64,000 bases of DNA from Eledone cirrhosa (GCA_964016885.1 OZ024755.1:26226001-26290000); one strand, 5' to 3'; shown: positions 27,666-41,199, counted from the first letter of the stretch. A program made the numbers and translations. The notes: generated by a model not told the origin, from the sequence alone.

Positions 27666-29230
27666 GCTAAGCAATTTAAAAAGGTCGGTTTTCAGCAATA
27701 GAAGAAATTTATAACAAAAGTGTTATTAATGATGATTTCTCAACTTTGGCACAACTTTCCTTATAGGAAAGGAGTAAAATTGAGTGAATTGCCGATGATG
27801 GTGGTGATGATATTGGAGCCAATGGGTGAATCAGAAGCTATCTTCAAATCATATGCCTTATTAAAAAAAAAAAAAAAAAAGAAAAGATTGGAAAATGTAG
27901 ACATAGATTCAGTTTGAAATAAAGATAATTGTTTCTACTTTAGGCACAAGGCCAGCAAATCCCCAGTGCATTACTGGTACTTTATTTTATCGACCCCGTA
28001 AGGATGAAAGGCAAAGTCAACCTCGGCGGGATTTGAACTCAGATCGTAAAGGGACGTAACTATGCTGGAAAGCATGGCGTCCGACCCTCTACCGATACTG
28101 CCAATCCACCTTATTTGAAATAAAGATAATGGTGGCTGGAATATAATTGATCATAGGTCTAGTTCAGTCATGGGCAAACTTCAGCCCATTTGGTTTTATG
28201 TCCCTTTACGGACTGAGTTCAAATCCCGCCACGGTTAACTTTGCCTTTCATCCTTACGGGGTCGATAAAATAAAGTACCAGTAATGCACTGGGTAATTGC
28301 TGGCCTTGTGCCAAAAGTAGAAACAATTATTAATGAGCTAGTAGTGATACGATGGCACTTTTTACTTAAACATTATTTGTTATTCATTCATATTTTCATT
28401 TATTGAGTCTTCTTTGTCTAGTAAGATTAAGCTCATAACCACTGCATGCTAGGTAAGACAGTAAAATACTACACACTGTACTTAGATATTAGGTCTTTCA
28501 GAGAAAATTATCTTGGCAAAAGCTCTTAGTTAAATCAATAGTCTGCACCTAACCTCACAATACACGCCTCTTCTAATTATATATGAAACCTGATCACAGA
28601 CTGTCATTTAATTATCTTGTGGTGGATTTGAAACTCATCCAGAATCAGAAGTAGTAACTATAAAGACTCAATGAATGAAAATATTAATAAATAACATACT
28701 ATTTAAGTAAAAGGTGCCATGACATCAGTACTACGATTATTGGAGAGTCCATATTGGTTTCTGATTTAGGCACAAGGCCAACAATTTTTTGGAGGGGAAA
28801 CTCAATTAAATTGACCCCAGTGCATTACTGGTACTTTAATTTTATTGACCTCATAAGGCAGAACTAACCTCGTCGGGATTTTAACTCAAAGAGTAATGGG
28901 CAGTAACTCTGCGTCGCAAAGCATATTGCCTGACGTTCTACCAATACTGCCAACCCACAACCCATGGGGAACTCATTAATAATGAATTCTTACATATTTT
29001 GCTCAAGCATTACAGGAGAACAAACTAGCATAATCTATGCCTACATCTGGCTAGTATCCAATTATTACCTTGATTACAACCCAACAATGTCTACTCAGAC
29101 ATAGTTCTATAAGAAGTCCTTATTGATCACATTTCATTAACATTCAAATCAGAATTGATATTTCTAATGCCAATTACTGCACACTTAAATGACTTGCAAC
29201 AAACTTATACACACACATGTATGTGTGTAT

Positions 29231-29265
<35 letters not shown>

Positions 29266-29778
29266 TTCCTTTTACGTCCGCTTTTTCCCTTGCAAGGGTG
29301 GGACGGGAACTGATTCTGGCTTGATTTCTACAGCTGGATGCCTTTCCTCACACCAACCTCATTTACAGTGAGTGCTGGGTGCTTTTTTTTTCCGTGGCAC
29401 CTCCACGACCACTTTGCAGTGGAATGATAGGGATACCTGCCCCTATCATCTCATTTCTACAGCTGAGTAAACTGGAGCAATGTGAAATAAAGTGTCTTGC
29501 TCAAGGAAACAACACATCACCTGGTCTGAGAATTGAACTCACAACCTTTCGATTGCAAGGCCAATGCTCTAACCACTAAGCCATGTGCCTCCATATATAT
29601 ATATGCTTTAAAGTACTTTTAATGATTCCACTCAATTATGATTATTGAGGCATTAATATATATATATATATATCATCATTTAACGTCCATCTTCCACACT
29701 AGCATGGGTTAGATGGGTGGTCTCGTTTGTGGCAAGTTGGGTCAGGTGACCGTGTCTTGCTTGAGGCAAGATACATAC

Positions 29779-29810
<32 letters not shown>

Positions 29811-32800
29811 TTTGCAAGGTTTTTTATATGAAATCGTGAATTGAAACAAATAGTTATATTTGGGAGGGTCATGTTATAAAATTGCCAGAAATATATAGTA
29901 AAACACTCTCACTGTTTGGCTTAGGCTGGTTATACACACACACACACACACACCATACAATTTCAATGTATTCTGAAGAGACATGCTAATTTCCCCCATC
30001 TAAAAAAAGCCCAAAAGTTAGTAGTAGAATTAGTAGATGTTACAAACAGAATCCAACTAAAAAGTCTAAAAGTGCCCCAACAGTCATGCGAACGGACCCG
30101 AAGAAACCATGCAACATTTACAAAATTGATAAATATATTCAGGGAAAAAGAAATAGAATGAAATACTTAATATAGTCTTTATATAAACCCATTAGAATGA
30201 ATGAATAAAATGTTAATTTTCAAATAACAGCCTAGAAAATATAAACGTCATGCCATATACATCTAAATCTTATCTAAATATGAAGGAGGTTTGAATCCTT
30301 GTTTCATCACTGGAGATAGGATTTATGTCTAGAATCGTCTGCATTTAATGTCCTTTTCCTTTATTGGCAAGGGTTGGACGGGTCATCAGACCAAATCAAT
30401 ACTTGATCGGAGCTACTGACCTCTCATCTCGCTTCCAGCAACTCTACAGCAGTCACGGGCAAACAACAGCCCGTTTTGGCTTTCTGAATGGCACGCCTAA
30501 TTTCAAAACAAAACACATGCTATGCGGCCCACTGCTCGAAAAGGGTTGCCCATGCCTGTTCTACAGAATGCATCGAGTGCATTTTATCGTGCTACCAACA
30601 CTAGGAAGGTAGAAAACTATAAAAAATCGCAAACCAACAAAGGGGCTCGACATGATAACTCAGCCGGCCAGAAGTAGCATTCGGTAATCACGTGAATGGC
30701 GAGTTGGTCATAGGTGGAAGGCTTATAAACACATAGGTCTGTTTAGCCAGGAAGGACAATGCAAAACCGTCCCTCTGAACGAGAAACTATATTTTATTTA
30801 TTTTCTTGATTTACTACAATTTGTTGCTGCTTTTTTTCATACTGTAGGAATTCTTGGCTGTTCCCTTTCTCACGATAATTATGTTAAAATGATCATGCCA
30901 TTCAGCATTCATTCACTAAAACCTTGTTATCTTCTCTGTTAATTCTATGATCTGACAGCAGATAATAAGGTTTAATAAGACAGAAACATCAGAAATTGCC
31001 ACTGTGCTACTCTGACTCGCACACTATTGCCTTCTATTTTTAAGTAATTTAAATTCCGGGGTCATCATGTCTTTTTAAACTGGAATTACTCATCGATTTG
31101 TTTTCTCATCAACTACAGGTGTAATCTTAATTACCAGAAATTTCTTGGCTCTTCAGTGTATGTATGTTAGCGACCAATGTACGTCTACTGTCTGTTTTCC
31201 TGCTATTTTAAGAGTAGATCGTCTTTACGATTATAAATTTGACATCTACAACAAAGTACCATCAACACTACCATTCTGGGACAGTACCATTTTGCACAAG
31301 ACACAATTAAAGCAGTAGTAATACATGATTAAGGTTAAACGCGAAAAGTACGATGACAAGACTGGGTATACGTGATTATAATCAAATTAAATTAAAAATT
31401 AAAAAAATAAATTGTTGATTTGAATTATAAGAAACTCGGAAATCACATCTATAATTGCAAGTATGCGAGTCGTAACGCCCAATAAATTAAATACTTGGGG
31501 TTTCATTTTTTTCATAATAGACAAAATTCTTGCATTCCTTAATGAAATGATATTTAGAAAGAAATCTAAAAAATAAAAAGAAGCATATACTATCATTAGT
31601 AGAAGGAATTTCTTAGGTTGAAATATCCCTGCATTGATCTCCAAAAATATGAAAAAGACAACAAATTGTTTTAAATTCGGTCAATAAAATAATCGAATAA
31701 TACCGCAGTTTAAATATATAATTCTTGTAAAAAATGAAATACTGTTTTAAGTCGATGTCAATAAAAATAATCCAATAAATCGTATTTTATATTTATAATT
31801 CTTGCAAAATAAAAATAAAAACATTCCGGTAGGAATAATTAAAGAAAATTCGATTTCTTCTTTAAAACTGTTCAATAAAAGAAAATCAAAGGTTTTTCAC
31901 TGGGACCAACACCGATGCCACACAAAGCAACTCTTAATGCAACAAATGATGACACCAACACCTACTCTAAACTATCCGTACATAAATAAATCGATCAATT
32001 TAACTGCTTTTCCTCGTTAATTGCACTTAATGTCACTAGTTTATATCTTCTTTGTTTTCGTGCATTATTTATTTTCCCTTATTAAAATATGTTGAGGAAG
32101 ACAGGTTAGATGTACAATAACATTTTGATGCTTTTTATGTATAAGTATGTCTTTACATCACAATAGTTGACAGACAAATGCAATATTCATCTATTTATTC
32201 CATCCATATATTTACAAAATGGCCGTCATAAATATTTATAACGTATTTAAAAAAAAAAAAGACCTACAAGAAGGAAATAATGTATTTATATCACAAAAAA
32301 CTATCTTTATAAAATATACTTAACATCTTGACTATACGAGATTCCTTTCATTATATGACAAAATTCAGAAAACCAACAGTTAGTCTAGAAGTTATGGTTT
32401 CTAAAAGACTAGGAATTAAAGAAAGAAAAACATCATAACCAACAAGTTAATTATTTATAGAAATAAAAAACTTTATATATTAATTAGTTCCACTTTAATC
32501 TGTGAGTTGATTTAAAATCCGTATAATCTCCACAACGGAATTCCGCCGTATCAGACACAGGTTACGAGGAATTCCAGCATGTTCAAAATATACATCAAAC
32601 TAACGAAACTATTTTAATATCTCATCCTTGTTATTTCACTGTTTTAACATTGGTTGATAAAGGTTTAATTTTAATAGAGACCAAATATCAATAAAGAAAG
32701 TACTAGCTAGAAGGACATGAGGGTTAATATTTTAAATTGTTTTTCAAATGAGCAATCTATGTGATTTTAATATCTAATACACCCATCAAATTAAATATAT

Positions 32801-32867
32801 GACTAAATGATAACCAGAAATAATCGGTATGTAAAAATTGAAATAAACTTTAATTAGAATTGCTTAC

Positions 32868-32960
32868 CCAAAGAGGCGAGGGAATCAATCCTTAAATAAA
32901 TATAAATGTTTATCAATTGACCACCAACTACTAGTCAACGGATCATGACAGTTATAATTT
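32868..32960 (-). other. Putative non-coding first exon of CKAP5
   Basis: TGG|GTAAGC donor at 32867 just downstream of a promoter-like motif cluster. The ATG exon has an acceptor, so an upstream exon must exist. The 5' end is a guess. Confidence 0.45.
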
Positions 32961-32984
32961 TGAATCTCTATTTTATACTCATTC

Positions 32985-33025
32985 CAGATTGGCTGAATAT
33001 GACGTCACTGAGCGCCATCTATCTT
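32985..33025 (-). promoter_or_regulatory. Promoter-like cluster: CCAAT box, CRE palindrome, YY1/CTCF-like GCGCCATCTA
   Basis: ATTGG 32988-92, TGACGTCA 33000-07 and GCGCCATCTA 33012-21 fall within 35 bp, in a visibly CpG-retaining region. Confidence 0.5.
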
Positions 33026-33079
33026 TTCAAGAAAGATAACTCTGATCACCAGCTACGTACATTATATTCAACCGCTATA

Positions 33080-33267
33080 AGTGGATTGGCAGTGTCGGTA
33101 GAGGGTCGGACGCCATGCTTTGACACATAGAGTTACAGCCCTTGCCATTCTGAGTTCAAATCCCGCCAAGGTTAACTTTGCCTTTCATCCTTACGGGGTC
33201 AATAAAATAAAGTACCAGGAATGTACTGGGTAATTGAAGGCCTTGTGCCAAAAGTAGAAACAATTAT
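33080..33267 (+). mobile_element. Second tRNA-like SINE family (further copies near 13970, 15020, 20550, 27925, 28200, 28755, 33330, 42840, 44260, 44630)
   Basis: TGGCAGTGTCGG / GAGTTCAAATCC boxes and shared core TTTGCCTTTCATCCTTACGGGGTC.ATAAAATAAAGTACCAG, seen in 10 or more places. Confidence 0.85.
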
Positions 33268-35601
33268 ATTCAACCGATATAACTTTTTAAATATTCCGAA
33301 TGTTGTTTACGTTCTTATTAAAGAAGGGTGGTGATTAGCAGTATAGGCAGAACTTTAGACAACATGCTTTGCGACATGTAGGTACGGCCATTTACGTTCT
33401 GAGGTCAAATCTTGCCGTGGTTAGACTTGCCTTTCATCCGTACGGAGTCGATAAAATTAGGAGGAATTCCAGCATGTTCAAACTAACGAAACTATTTTAA
33501 TATCTCGTCCTTGTTATTTCACTGTTTTAACATTGGTTGACGCACTGGGATCAATTTAATCGACTTGCCAAAAGTTGTTGGCCTTGTGCCTAAATAAAAA
33601 AATCATTATATATTTGATAATCGGTGTTATGCAGAAATCATCAAATATACTAACTTCCTTCATCGTTTTTTCGGAATTTATTGCCCCCCCCCCCCCCCTT
33701 TTTTTTTTGCATTTAAAATTATATTGTGTTCATTTTTATCTTGAATTAAAGAAGAAATAAAAGAATATATATAATCAATGTAATGAAATAGTAAGCTACT
33801 AAGAAACTATCGAAAGAAAAAGAGAACAAAATTCTTTGTTTCAAGAAACCAAGAATTCAAAGTATGTTTAGTAGATAGTACTGAATTAACCTTGTTTTAC
33901 ATTCAGAGTGAAGGATTTCACAGGATATATTTCTTCCAATTTACTTGGAATAAATTATTAACAGATTCTTTGAACCAAACTTTTTTAATGAAATTTTATA
34001 TAATTAAAAGAAAAATTACTTTTTTTTATATCAATTATGCCTGTTAATACTTTTGCAACATCTAACTACTAACTTAATAGAGAGGTGAGTTCCTCAGAGA
34101 AATACTGCTCTTACATTTGGATCGGTGCTGTTGCAAAACAAACAGCCAACCAAAACTGCATCCAAAGAAAGGCCACTAGTTTGCATGAAGTCGCTTGAAC
34201 GGTCACTCCTGGTGGGGTCGCAAAGACGCCATAGTGACACACACTGTGTATTCGGCATTTTAAACCTGGCACAGCCCATCACTCTCCAAGTCTGAACACG
34301 GTCGATTCCTTCCAGAAAAGTAGAGATTAGATGAGAAAGCGATGTAGAGGAAGAATCAAACCAAGTACTGGACTGGTACTTTTTTCTCGACTTCCAATTC
34401 GCTGCCTTATTAAGTCGTTTACCGACACACTAAAGCCTCTAGCATATAAACGTGCTGCTGCCTTTCTCTCCAGTAAATAGCTGATCACATACCACCTCTA
34501 CTGTGACATTCTCCCGTCCTACATATCATGTCCACCATCAACTTTCAGGTCACACACAAATCACTATATCAAGTCCCTTTTCCCTATAATGTCAGCCCTT
34601 CGTCATTCCCTCATCAGTGTATTTTGCCTGTGATCCCTGACTTGAAGACAAAGGGAATGTTCAACGTATCGATTTCATTAATCGGAGGATCTGCAACAGG
34701 CATGAGTATAGCGCCTTTTTGCATATGAATCCAATAAAATGAATAAGTTTGAACTTTTATACATATTCTTTTGCTGCTTTCAGTCATTAATCATTGGTCT
34801 GCGACCTTGCTACCGCATCTTCTGTAATTCTAATCTATCCAGGTTTGTTTATTGAAAGGCGTAGTCGACCCAAGGGGCGTAACTCGACAAGAAAACTACC
34901 AAATGGGATTTTTGTTTTCCTTGTCCACACACACACTTACATACATAAATAGATATATACATACAATGGCGGTGCCCTACAGTGCCTCAGCCTGTCGGCT
35001 GGAACATGTAATAGAGTATACATACACACATAATTGCGTACATATACACACACATACATATATATATATAGTATTAAGGGTACTATTTATGGTTATGTAT
35101 GCAATAAAACCTTTAATGGTAATATATTATATATACAAACCCTAAATAGTGAAAGATAGTCATTAATTACTATTCTATTACTATTTGGTGTTCCCCTGCA
35201 TCCGAGACTGTATATCATACAGATGTATGAGAATAAATGACTTAATAATTCAACCCACATAATAGGATCGATTGCCTGCTTCAACTGCCTGACCCTGCAA
35301 ATATCATTCTGACGCACTCTAATCATGTATAAATAGGACACGCGTGCATGCTACACGTGAGATTGTTTCATACACTGACTTCTCTAAACTTTCCTCTTGC
35401 TTTATCTTCATAGACTGCCAACGCTTCATGTTTATCTTTATTTTCATTCTTGTTTTTATTTTTATCCTGCAACCTTTATATGTAAATTGCCATGCTATAT
35501 CATTTGATGAATGTCACCCCACTGTTGATCAATATGCGCATATGTTTTATGTGTCTCTCGGGTTGAAAAGGAGGTCAAGTATGTTATAGATCAGTAAATA
35601 G

Positions 35602-35650
35602 TTGCTCCGAAGAATCCAAACCTCGGTTTGGAGGAAACAATTGTAAGCAA
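35602..35650 (+). ncRNA. Type I hammerhead-like motif with U4C core change
   Basis: TTGCT-CCGAAGA-A-TCCAAACC/GGTTTGGA-G-GAAA, palindrome ACAATTGT, GUA triplet, then AGCAA pairing with TTGCT. Confidence 0.6.
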
Positions 35651-37639
35651 ATAAATGACTTAAACTGAACTTTGATTATTGTAATCTCTCTCTCTCTATA
35701 TATATATATATATACATACTTATATGATTGAATATTTAAGGTGAAAAATGATTAAATGCCATTAGTTCTTTCAGAATTTGTTATACTTTGGGAGGGTCAT
35801 ACTGCAAATAAAAAAACACACAGAGTTGAATTTCACTTCAGTTTATTATTCATTGACTATCTAATCAATTTATTAGTTAGTTTAGTAATTGGTTGGTTGT
35901 TTAATTGTTAATTGTCAAAGCTCTTTCATCACACATTATGTGACCTTATCAACAACTAATCTTGTTTTTATGTGTCTCTTCTGTCGCTCACTTGATTCTG
36001 GGAGGGTCGTGGGGACAGAGTCCTCATGGATGCCTTCCAACATGTCCTTTCAGAAGCAGTTGTCTTCAATTGATCCAGCTGGATCCCCAAGCAAAACCAG
36101 CCACGCTTATGGATATTACCCATTCATCTTGCTCGAGGTCTAACCCAACTTTTGTCATGAAATTTGTATTTCCTATTCTTATTGATATATTTTGAGTGAA
36201 TATGACCTTTAACCGGTCAGAATTTGGTAAAAAAATCATTACATAATGGAGTTTTGAAATAAAACACTTGAAACATTTTTAATATCAAAATATTAAATCT
36301 TCATAAATATATTCTCCACTCATGTGAATTTCAAAACTCTGCCCTCTAAACTTTGCATGTTGATTAGCTGCCTCAGCTTATACACATTATTGGGTCTAGG
36401 CAGCAAATTTAATTTTATGTGTTGGTTTTACCCTCCTGAAAATGTAATTTGCAATAGACTGATACACTAAAGTTTCCTAAGTTACACACAAGTTTTTATA
36501 ATATCAAATTTCAAAAATATATTTATCACTTATCTAGAAGAGAAAACACTTAAAGAAAATAATAGAAGAGAGTAAAAATGATAGAATATTTTAGTTTTCA
36601 GCTCTGCTAAAAGCTACAAGATAACTATCATGTATAACAGTGTACTATTTATATTCCTTGAAATCTTATGTATAAGATAGTAAAAGTAATGTTTTGGCTG
36701 TTTTACAAATCACAAAATATCCATAATATTCTATATATACATCAACGTCCATTTTAAATGGTGATGATGATGATGATGGTGATATATATAGAATATTACT
36801 TATATATGTGTGTGTGTATGTTGATGGCATGATAAAACACACCCAACCCACTATGTAAAGTGGTAGTGCTGGCACAATGATGAAAGACACCCAGTACACA
36901 TTGTAAGATAGTAGTTCTGATGCCACAATAAAATGGTCCCAGCACATGATGTAAAGTGGTAAGCATTAAGAAAGACATCCAGCCATAGAAACTATGCCCA
37001 AAATCGAACATATGAGCAAAATGTAGTTATATAACCAGTATAACCTCAATATGTGACAGTCAATCTAACCCATGCAAGCATAAACAATTGACATTAAACA
37101 ATGATGACGATCATGATGATATATGTATATAAACTATTACTGCCATCAGTCACAACTATGATCTGATAGTATGTACCAGGGTTTTGCTAAGGATTTTAGG
37201 TGCCATGCAGTCGTGGGCAGGGCTCAAACACCCTCATGACTACTCATAACTTGATCCAATGGAACATCCATGATGTGACACCTGAATGGAGAGAAGGCTG
37301 CACCAACATTGGGTTGGTATATTCTTCAACACTAAATGGATGAAAGTCAAAGTGGACCTCAATTGAATTTGAACTCAGATTGTAGAGAACCAGAACAAAC
37401 ATCCAATCCAGTGGTTCTCAACCAAGGTCCATATAAGAATTATGGCGATCTATACAAAAAAAAAAAAAAAAAGTATATTAGGGATCAGAATAGCATCAGG
37501 TAGTTTCTTGATTACCTGTGCTACTTTTGTGCCTCATCAGAGAATTCTATTCAAATTGAAACAAATAAGCATACGTGGCAAAATTCCAAGCTGGATCAAG
37601 TCATTCCTTCACTCACACTGAGTGAGTTGTGGGTTGTGT

Positions 37640-38255
37640 TGCAAGATGAAATATCTTATTGGAAGGAACTCATCAGTAGGGTCCCCCAAGATTCTATTTT
37701 GGGACCCATTGTTTTTTTTATATACATATACAACATCCCTGATCTAATCATATCCCCATCAAAGTTGTTCACTTAATATACCAAGGTATATTATTTAGCA
37801 GATGATTGTGGACACACGCTCAAGTTGATGAAACAACATTCAAATACCATTGCCAAATCTAATTTCTTTGCACTGCGAGTGGTAGAATCCTGGAACTATT
37901 TACCAAATGATGTCATGAACACACTACCTCTGGCTTCCTTCAAAGAGAAACTATGTATTCTGCTCAATTGAGCTAAAGGTTCACCAACTGATCTGACCTT
38001 TGTCATAAATTAAGTTTCCTTATCAGATAATATATTGTGCTGCAAGCCTGCTACTTGACTTTGTTTTACAATCAGAATAATAAACAGGACTATCTTCTCC
38101 CATGACTTTCAGAAAAAAATGTTCACGTTCGTATATCATGACTCATACACTGTTCACTTTCCTGACATTTATATATTAGTGTATGTTCTATACATGCACC
38201 TTTGATGAGTTGTAGTGAACGTTAGCACTGTACGCAATAATTTTCATTATTTTAA
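37640..38255 (+). mobile_element. Decayed CR1-like LINE fragments (RT motif, C-terminus, 3' UTR related to the 45 kb copy)
   Basis: Reads VPQDSILGP and NFFALRVVESWNYLP; 38130-38250 aligns with the reverse complement of 45170-45300. Confidence 0.7.
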
Positions 38256-38552
38256 TATAATATCGACCTTAAGCTAAAATTTCATGAATATTTTTGCAAA
38301 ACGCCTGCATTTTCAAACCATACCAATATTGAAACATTTAAGAACACGAGCCTGTTGAAGTGGATTAAATACTGTATCATTTCTTAAATGAAAGACAACA
38401 GTTGATAGACTGAGAGTCATATACGTTAAAAAGTATATTACTAAAGTTAATCACGAATCACACGAGTTCGTGGTGTAAGTGCTTAACTTTAGTTTTTGTA
38501 GCGTTAAGTTGTAAGAAATTGTTTCCTAGTTTAAAAAATGATTTCACTGAAT

Positions 38553-38630
38553 GTACTAACTAGGCTCGAAGTTGCTTAACCTTGGTGATCGGACGAGAAC
38601 CGGTGTTTTCAGCGGGATATGGCCGTAGTA
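38553..38630 (-). pseudogene. 3'-truncated 5S rRNA-derived sequence (about nt 1-78)
   Basis: Minus strand reads tactacggccatatcccgctgaaaacaccggttctcgtccgatcaccaaggttaagcaacttcgagcctagttagtac, colinear with metazoan 5S rRNA. It stops before box C. Confidence 0.85.
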
Positions 38631-39296
38631 ACTTTGTTCCAGTTTGTTAAATGATGACGCTTAACGATATAACAAAATGTCTATGAAGTCATTTGTATCG
38701 GCAAAAACAACTTAATTATTCTCGGGTCCCAAATAATAATGGGGAGTGGGTATTTGGTAATTTTTCTAGGTTGTCTCCGTTGATTTTAAAAAAAAAGCAG
38801 AATTAGTCGTTTAGTTTACATATTGAAACCCCAATCCATCCTATTTATTTTAAAACGTATGGGAATTCTAGTAATGTACTTTTTTTGTTATATATAATGT
38901 TTTTTAATGTATAAAGAAAATTTCGCCGGAGATAGATTAGCTTCTTTTTTCCCCACTTATTCCTGAGAAGGTATTGGGGGCAGATTCCTCAAACTCTCCT
39001 TTCACCGGGTCCTATCAGACACAACCAACTCCAACTGATCAGGCTGGATCCTCAAGCGAGACAAGCGTTAGCTAGATTAGCAAAATTTAGTAAGCAAGGT
39101 GGGTGGTTGTGAAATATCAGCGTTTGGGGGTTGGAAAAATCTGAAAAAACAAAACAATAAGTGGTGGGTGACGTGACGCTTATTCGAGACCCGACAGTGA
39201 CCCCTGACTCAAATTAAAGATAACGTTACATCGTCCTTAATACGTAAATTACACACAAGGGGACATAACTCCATAAAACACATCTGCGTAATAATA

Positions 39297-39480
39297 ATGG
39301 CCTGTAATCGTCTCGGCAAGCTTTTGTTGAATAGATCTATACTTTTCCTGTGTGATATGCAGGAAAAGTTTAAACCAACTATTCAGTATTTCCCTCAAAT
39401 AGTAGAAGTATCAGCAAGAATGTTAAATGCAGCAAAAATTCTTGATATGCCTATTATAGTTACTGAGCAGTATCCTAAAG
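39297..39480 (+). CDS. Isochorismatase-domain protein (ISOC1/ISOC2-like) exon 1
   Basis: MACNRLGKL...FLCDMQEKF...IVTEQYPKG; CDMQEKF and TEQYPKGLG are ISOC family motifs; donor AG|GTCAGT. Confidence 0.93.
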
Positions 39481-39936
39481 GTCAGTGTGAACTTTAAAAT
39501 TATATCATCCTGTTAGCAGTGATTTCAAAATCATTTAATCTTGTTAGTAACCTCTGTTTTATTTTAATTTTATGAGTTTAATATATTATTATTCACATAA
39601 ATTGAATGTTATAGAGTGTATTGAATCTATAACTTGTTTGGATCGCACAGTTTGTTTTAGATATACAGTTGTCTTCCGATATTCACGGGGGTTATATTCT
39701 TAGAGCACCTGTGAAGAGCGAAAAATGCCTGTATACGTCAAAATATAACGTAGAATATATTAAAAAAAGAAGGGCGCCCAATAGATCGGTAAATACGGTA
39801 TATTGTTATTAATAATTTAGCGTTTAAAAATATATATATTGCCACGAAGAAAGCAATTAAAAAAATCGCGGCATATATTCACGATTCCGCGAATATGTTG
39901 TGGTTTCCACGATCAATTATTAGTTAGGTGTACACT

Positions 39937-39987
<51 letters not shown>

Positions 39988-40415
39988 AATATGATAATAA
40001 TGGAGCTGCGGCGTTGCAAATGGGTTACATATGAAAAAGTAAGTCCTTCATCAGTGGCCTTCCAACCGTCCTAGGCATTTCATCACTTTAAAGGCCATAT
40101 ACCTCAGGTTGGTGCGAACAACGGCTAAAAAAAGTCGTTGGGACACGTAAATAAAGGGGACGCTGGGGTGAACAAACAAAATGGTTTAAGCAACAGAAAG
40201 TGAGTATATATATATATAGCTAGAGAGAGATAGGCAGGTATATAGATAGACTGATATATGTATATACTGTGTGTGTGTGTATATATATATGTAGGAGGTG
40301 AGTTTTATTGTAGTAACAATAAAACAATGCAAATATCGGATAAGTAACACTCCACAGTTTATAGGACTGGAGTATAAATAATATAAGATCAAAAGATGGT
40401 TAAAAGAGTTCCAAG

Positions 40416-40486
40416 TATTTTATTATGCGCATTTCAAAAACAAGTATCATCATGGGATGATATTTGCGTTCTCATCAGATAAAATA
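40416..40486 (-). ncRNA. Type I hammerhead ribozyme motif (mirror copy, CUGAUGA core)
   Basis: Reverse-complement copy in the left arm of the palindrome, with canonical CUGAUGA. Confidence 0.75.
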
Positions 40487-40608
40487 GGGAAACATGATAT
40501 GAAGCTTAAAAAACACTTGTGAGCAGTGAAGTTTTAAATCACATATGATATGTTGATTTAAAACTTCACTGCTCACAAGTGTTTTTTAAGCTTCATATCA
40601 TGTTTCCC

Positions 40609-40679
40609 TATTTTATCTGACGAGAACGCAAATATCATCCCATGATGATACTTGTTTTTGAAATGCGCATAATAAAATA
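40609..40679 (+). ncRNA. Type I hammerhead ribozyme motif
   Basis: Stem [17 protein letters not shown]; CUGACGA; 16-position stem II with 2 mismatches and a CCAU loop; GAAA; palindromic stem III ATGCGCAT; predicted AUA cleavage after 40671. Confidence 0.75.
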
Positions 40680-40709
40680 CTTGGAACTCTTTTAACCATC
40701 TTTTGATCT

Positions 40710-40750
<41 letters not shown>

Positions 40751-41026
40751 CATGAGAAGAAAGAGGAATTCTGCGTGGTTGCACATGGGTTACATATTAT
40801 AAAATTAGTCTCTCGTCAGTGATTTGCCAACCATCATTGGTATTTCATCGCATTAAAAATCATATACCTCAGGTTGGTGCGAGCAATAACTAAAAACAAA
40901 GAAAGGAAAAGGAAATATTTGTTAATTATTAAATTTCTCAGAATCTTTCTTCCTTACTGCTAAATTGTCTCTGAGAATATTACTGCAAAAGCTGTATAAC
41001 CGATAATTTTCTATTTTCTCTTTTAG

Positions 41027-41137
41027 GTTTAGGCCACACTGTACCAGAACTTGATGTCAAGGGCATTGATGTATTTGCCAAAACACGATTTTCTATGCTG
41101 ATTCCAGAGGTTGAGAGTAAATTAAAAGAATATCCAG
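41027..41137 (+). CDS. ISOC-like exon 2 ([10 protein letters not shown]...[13 protein letters not shown]...)
   Basis: ttttag acceptor, GTAAAT donor, 111 nt, phase 1/1; KTxFSM motif. Confidence 0.93.
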
Positions 41138-41199
41138 GTAAATTTGTTTAATCTGCTATTTTTAATTTGTATTCCACTTATTTTTTTATATTCTACTTA

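Larger units (their letters stand above)
40378..40717. repeat. Near-perfect 340-bp palindrome (about 164-bp arms) in ISOC intron 1
   Basis: Arms are reverse complements with one visible mismatch (CATCAG vs CTGACG); tiny centre; flanked by (TA)n. Confidence 0.95.

Noticed and set aside
27760-27885. Minus-strand exon after a poly-T tract (acceptor at 27857)
   Set aside because: No convincing donor or recognisable peptide; the A-run may be a simple repeat.
40040-40120. CUGAUGA and GAAA on the minus strand as another hammerhead (also near 40810-40880)
   Set aside because: I could not form stems II and III with a valid UH cleavage site.
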